From Nitrososphaerales archaeon (GTDB lineage Archaea > Thermoproteota > Nitrososphaeria > Nitrososphaerales > CADDZS01), in the NCBI GenBank assembly GCA_030038075.1, contig JASHPO010000091.1:571-64570 (forward strand): a stretch of 64,000 nucleotides of DNA. Direction: 5' to 3'. Every line of letters begins with the position of its first letter. Within the stretch, counting starts at the first letter, position 1. Below the pieces are notes generated by a model. The model did no database searches. It worked only from the letters and a program-made list of their open reading frames with translations, and was not told the origin of the DNA. A program made the position numbers and the translations under genes. Positions 59,849 to 64,000 of this stretch are shown here, piece after piece.

Positions 59849-60011
59849 AAGAGGGCTATAATTGTGCGGTTGGAAAGACTGGCCTTCAGCGGAGCACAGT
59901 TCAAACTATTACACTAAAGGCGAGTTTTCTTGGCCGTGGGAATTCCCAAGTATCGCGAATCTTTCTTCTTATTTTGAAGAATCTATATATCGATAGATCT
60001 CTCCTTTGCTT

Positions 60012-60368
60012 ATGGGATTGACATACACCGACGTTATTGTCCAAGGAGAAGAAGGGCACCGTAAAACCTTCAATCTTCTGGTCGACACTGGCTCTGTCTT
60101 CACCTGGATCGACGGTGATGCACTGAGAAGCCTTGGAATAAAGCCCAAATCTCAAAAGAAATTCAGAACCATCGAAGGAAGGGAAATTTCAAGAACCGCG
60201 GGAGAGGCAGTGTTAGAGCTCAGCGGGGAGAGAGCGACATCAGTGGTAGTCTTTGCCGAGAAAGGAGATGCGTCTGTTCTCGGTGTAACATCACTGGAGG
60301 TTCTAGGATTCGAGGTCGATCCTTCGAGCAAGAGTCTTAAGAAAATCGAAGCCTTTGCTGCTTACTAG
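60012..60368 (+). CDS. Retropepsin-like (clan AA) aspartyl protease
   Basis: LVDTGS; VLGVTSLEVLGFEVDP. Confidence 0.85.
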   Translation: MGLTYTDVIVQGEEGHRKTFNLLVDTGSVFTWIDGDALRSLGIKPKSQKKFRTIEGREISRTAGEAVLELSGERATSVVVFAEKGDASVLGVTSLEVLGFEVDPSSKSLKKIEAFAAY

Positions 60369-60389
60369 ACTCCCCACATATTCCACGGC

Positions 60390-60926
60390 AAATCCGGAAA
60401 GCTCGAAGGAAAAGTGATGCCCTGCCAAATCTTTCGAAGAGTCGTTTGGCGACGGAGGCGAGGCCGCGAGACGGGCGGCAATCGAGATATCGATCGATGG
60501 AAGGAAAGAAGTTGACTCTGAGCGCAAGAAGCTATCTGTTTGATGCTGGTGCGCTCTTCCTGTATTAGTCTGGGGACGAGAGGGTCAGACTTTACTTTGA
60601 TCGAGTCCTTTCAAATCATGCAACTGGATTCGTCTCCGAGATCAACCTGGCCGAATTCTATTACAAGACTGTAGAAAAATTCGGGGCGCGCAAACCGCAG
60701 AACCCTGGTACATGCAGGTTTTTAGGCTATCCCGTCTTAATCCCGTTGCCCGGATGAAACAATTACAAGAAATGCTGCCATGTGGAAATCCAAGAGAATA
60801 GACATCTCATTTGCCGACTGCTACGCTTTGGTGACCCAGCAGGAAATGGCCCAAGTACTCGTCACAACAGATCCAGTTCCAGCTAAAATCAAAGGAATAA
60901 GAATTGTGCACATTGAGCTTGATTGA
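60390..60926 (+). pseudogene. Decayed vapBC pair
   Basis: Antitoxin tail ends at 60543; VapC from 60512 reads YLFDAGALFLY*...SEINLAEFYY...ISFADCYAL...LVTTD with a stop and frameshifts. Confidence 0.7.
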
Positions 60927-61125
60927 TGATCATGACATTTGCGTCTTTCGTTTCATTTGGGTGGATTAGAATGAAGGGCAATTATCCCCGAATGCAGAGT
61001 CAATATCATCCCTCCCTCAACTTGCCGCTGGATTATATTAGATTCTCCTAACTCGGAAAAAATGTAAAGACTCGGGGAATCCACCACAATCATTAGGCGA
61101 ATTCCTACGAGAATGAAGTCTCGTG

Positions 61126-62361
61126 CTATTTCATGCCTGTCTTGATCTGTACGACGAGAAGAACCATCGCCGCCGAGAATGCCATTGCGAAAGCGAAGCC
61201 ATATCCCACCAACTGACTTATGCTCAGCAGAGCACCCATAACAAGGTTAGATACGAACAAACCTAGGCCTCGGCCCGCGCCCAACCAACCCATGGCGCTA
61301 GACATCTCAGTGGATTTGACGACCGTTGAAGTGATAACCGGCTCGAATGTTTCAACAGAACCCGTGCCAAAACCCAAGCCAGCAGCAGCAAGGTAGTATG
61401 GAACAAGACCTACATTGAACTGATAGATGAACCCAATCGCCAGCGAGGAAAAAGCGGCAAGAAGATACCCGAGTCGCCAGAGTGTCCCAAGTGGTGTTCC
61501 TCCTCTCTTTGATCCAAGCACAAAGCCCGCTAGTCCTGAGAAAGCAAGGAAGATTCCAGCTTCTATTACTCCCAGTGCGAGACTATGCATAGATAGTGAA
61601 ACGGTTAGAACCACAAATCCTGGCGAATAGTACGCGAAACCGAACATCGTGGCAGTGAGAAGCACCGCACGATAGACGAATCTATTGTGTTTTGTCTTCA
61701 GTTCACTCTCTACTTCTTGTTTAAGATCATCTTTTACTGAAACCGAGGAGGCTGCCGCATTTTTATTTTCCGTCCATTCTGGAGGCGGAGTGTTTCTTGC
61801 CTGTGCCATAAGCAGGCAAATGCTAGACACAAGCAGGGGGAGAATGGTTACAAGGATTATCTGTCTAAGCATAAAGCCCAGAACAACAAGTATTACTGTA
61901 TAGACGGTCGCCAGCATGCCACCTCCGACGTCGAGAGCTTGAAGGAGACCGAAGATTTTTGATCTGTGTTCTGGTCTTGATAAATTCACTAACCAAGCTT
62001 GTCTTGGGGCAGTACGAAAGTATCTTGCGCCCAAGCCGCCTATGAATAAAAGCGCCATCAGAAATGGGCTGGGAGAGATAGCGGTCAATGACATGAGAGC
62101 TATCACTAGGTTTCCGATTATCGACACTCTTTTCTTGCTGAACTTGTCTCCAAGCTTTCCACCCACGACGGAAAGTAAAGATCCGCCTCCATAACCGACC
62201 GCAAGAATTATCCCGTAGATGTATATCGGTTCGTGCATCTCGATCACCAAGAGTAGTGGGAAGAGCGCGCTCACTGACTGCCAACCTAGATCTGCAAAGA
62301 ATGCCGAGAAGCAAAGCAGAAGAGAATCTCTATTGAGCCAAGCCGTCTGCTGAGAACTCAT
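61126..62361 (-). CDS. MFS transporter
   Basis: About 12 TM helices; GGKLGDKFSKK motif A. Confidence 0.88.
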   Translation of the reverse strand: MSSQQTAWLNRDSLLLCFSAFFADLGWQSVSALFPLLLVIEMHEPIYIYGIILAVGYGGGSLLSVVGGKLGDKFSKKRVSIIGNLVIALMSLTAISPSPFLMALLFIGGLGARYFRTAPRQAWLVNLSRPEHRSKIFGLLQALDVGGGMLATVYTVILVVLGFMLRQIILVTILPLLVSSICLLMAQARNTPPPEWTENKNAAASSVSVKDDLKQEVESELKTKHNRFVYRAVLLTATMFGFAYYSPGFVVLTVSLSMHSLALGVIEAGIFLAFSGLAGFVLGSKRGGTPLGTLWRLGYLLAAFSSLAIGFIYQFNVGLVPYYLAAAGLGFGTGSVETFEPVITSTVVKSTEMSSAMGWLGAGRGLGLFVSNLVMGALLSISQLVGYGFAFAMAFSAAMVLLVVQIKTGMK

Positions 62362-62684
62362 CGTGGAAGCATCACTGTATCGTCAGCAACTTATTGCGTC
62401 TATTCAGTCCTACGGTTACTGCGTTTCCGCCTGAGACGAGTGTAACGAAGAACGGCAATATCGGGTCGCTATTTCGTGGCTTATGTCAAAGAATAGACTT
62501 GTGAAGCGAATCCCAACGACGTTTCTGCTCAAGAGGTAGTGAGGATTATTATTGCCTGGCACGAAATTGCCGCGTCTCGGGTCATATGGTTTTCCTTCTT
62601 TCCCGCATACATCAAAAAGGTTCACGTCTTTGAGCTTATGTAACCATTGTTACATTTATAACCCCTGACCGCTCACTTTAGACC

Positions 62685-63152
62685 ATGCCAAAAATAATGA
62701 AGAATGAACGATCTGCAGGTGTAATAGTATTCTCCAATGATCAAAGCGATCTTTCGTTTCTGCTGCTCAAACATAAGGATGGACACTGGGGGTTTCCCAA
62801 GGGTCATATGAATCCAGGGGAGGATGAGATCGATTGTGCAATTAGAGAGTTATCTGAAGAAACAGGCATCTCTAGAAAAGAGTTAGAGTTTGAGCCAGGT
62901 TTTCAGCGTATGGTCGATTACAGCTATAGGCGTAACAACGAAGATGTTCATGAGGACACAACTTACCTTCTCGGAGCTGTACCAAACCCTTCAAATATTA
63001 CGCTTTCCAATGAAGAGCACACCACCTTCGCGTGGGCGAATATTCAAGAAGGCCTTACTCTTCTACAGCACGAGAATCTTCGTTGGGTGTTAAAGTCAGC
63101 TGAGAAATTCCTCAAAGACGAACAGCCTAGGATCAAATCTTCAACTCATTAG
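62685..63152 (+). CDS. Nudix hydrolase (Ap4A hydrolase-like)
   Basis: HWGFPKGH...GEDEIDCAIRELSEETG. Confidence 0.88.
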   Translation: MPKIMKNERSAGVIVFSNDQSDLSFLLLKHKDGHWGFPKGHMNPGEDEIDCAIRELSEETGISRKELEFEPGFQRMVDYSYRRNNEDVHEDTTYLLGAVPNPSNITLSNEEHTTFAWANIQEGLTLLQHENLRWVLKSAEKFLKDEQPRIKSSTH

Positions 63153-63327
63153 GTACATTCTTGGCCCATCAAGGAAACTCTTGAATTCTCAAGTCCAAGC
63201 TTTATACCGAACTTTTTGTGAACCTCCAAGCTATTTACTTTCAGTCGCTTTCTATGGTTGATAACGCCGAACTGAGCCCTACAAATCAGGTTTAAATGTA
63301 ACTATCGTTACATACTAGACGTGGAAA

Positions 63328-64000
63328 TTGAAAATTATTCAATCTGGGCCTTGGCTGGTCGTGCTGCTTATAGTCTTCACAGTCTTGGTCGTAAATTTAG
63401 CATTCAGTGTCAAAAGCTTCAATGCTAACCCAAAGACCGATACAATATCGGTTCAGAGTTCTGTAATCTCTTCGACGATTACTCAGCATTCACTAGGAGC
63501 TACAATAGTGGGAACAAATTCAGGATATCTGTTCTACTACTATCTTAGCGGCGGCGTTTTCCTTTTGGTTGCCTTGATTGTTTATTCTCGGCTTAGAGCA
63601 CTGAGGAGAAAAAAGCCCTTGCAATATTTCTATCAGTTCTCTTCCATTCCTGAAGGACCCTTGTCCACCTTGATAGCAATTGGACTAATCGTGCTCGCTT
63701 TCTTGGGACCAATAGGGGCGGTTTACTATCTGGGAAATTACGTAATGAGAAATAGTTACAGTGGAAGCCCCTTCAACATCGAACCATACATCGCAGTATT
63801 TGGATTTGTGGCAGTAAGTGCAGCTTCAGCATTTGGGCTCTTTCTTTTCTATAGATCTGGAAGAAAGAGCGTAGCTGTAGCGAACCAAGTTCTTGACGTT
63901 AAACGATCTCCGGAGAAAGTAAAGGAGTTCAAGGCTATTCTCGAAAATGTAGCGTATTCTTTGGATTATGGCCGTGATTATAGGTCTACCATAATTCAAA
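63328..64000 (+). CDS. Multi-TM membrane protein (runs off window; possibly DUF4129-type)
   Basis: Open frame from TTG 63328 to the window end with about 4 TM segments, ending ...DYGRDYRSTIIQ. Confidence 0.65.
   Translation, partial: MKIIQSGPWLVVLLIVFTVLVVNLAFSVKSFNANPKTDTISVQSSVISSTITQHSLGATIVGTNSGYLFYYYLSGGVFLLVALIVYSRLRALRRKKPLQYFYQFSSIPEGPLSTLIAIGLIVLAFLGPIGAVYYLGNYVMRNSYSGSPFNIEPYIAVFGFVAVSAASAFGLFLFYRSGRKSVAVANQVLDVKRSPEKVKEFKAILENVAYSLDYGRDYRSTIIQ

Noticed and set aside
62416..62625. ORF between the MFS and Nudix genes
   Set aside because: No motif or convincing coding signal.
1..64000. tRNA or rRNA genes
   Set aside because: No cloverleaf or T-loop context and no rRNA-like stretch seen by eye; tRNAscan-SE would be decisive.

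Overview
Archaeal chromosomal window, most likely from a heterotrophic Nitrososphaerota (Thaumarchaeota) or related TACK lineage. The taxonomy is inferred from UPF0147, AbrB-PhoU, Lrp, an AN1-rhomboid, many VapBC pairs and frequent TTG starts. Core blocks encode a dispersed methylcitrate/TCA set (PrpB-like, PrpC-like, PrpD, AcnA, Acs and a second bacterial-type citrate synthase), a P-II/Lrp/Amt/P-II nitrogen locus, proC, ilvD, ABC exporters, proteases, TatA and glycosyltransferases. The most notable region is about 34.3-49.6 kb. It is an array of S/T-rich surface proteins with near-identical class III (type IV pilin-like) N-termini but different bodies, alternating with toxin-antitoxin modules and pseudogenes. 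Most members are preceded by the palindrome TGTTCT-N7-AGAACA, exactly 20 nt before a CAAATA box. Separately, a non-coding element with a 41-bp identical core, three CAGGTCT repeats and G/C palindromes occurs in inverted copies at 49.7 and 58.1 kb, flanking an 8-kb housekeeping block. No rRNA, tRNA, CRISPR array or intact integrase/transposase was seen. All calls come from reading the sequence by eye; no database searches were run.
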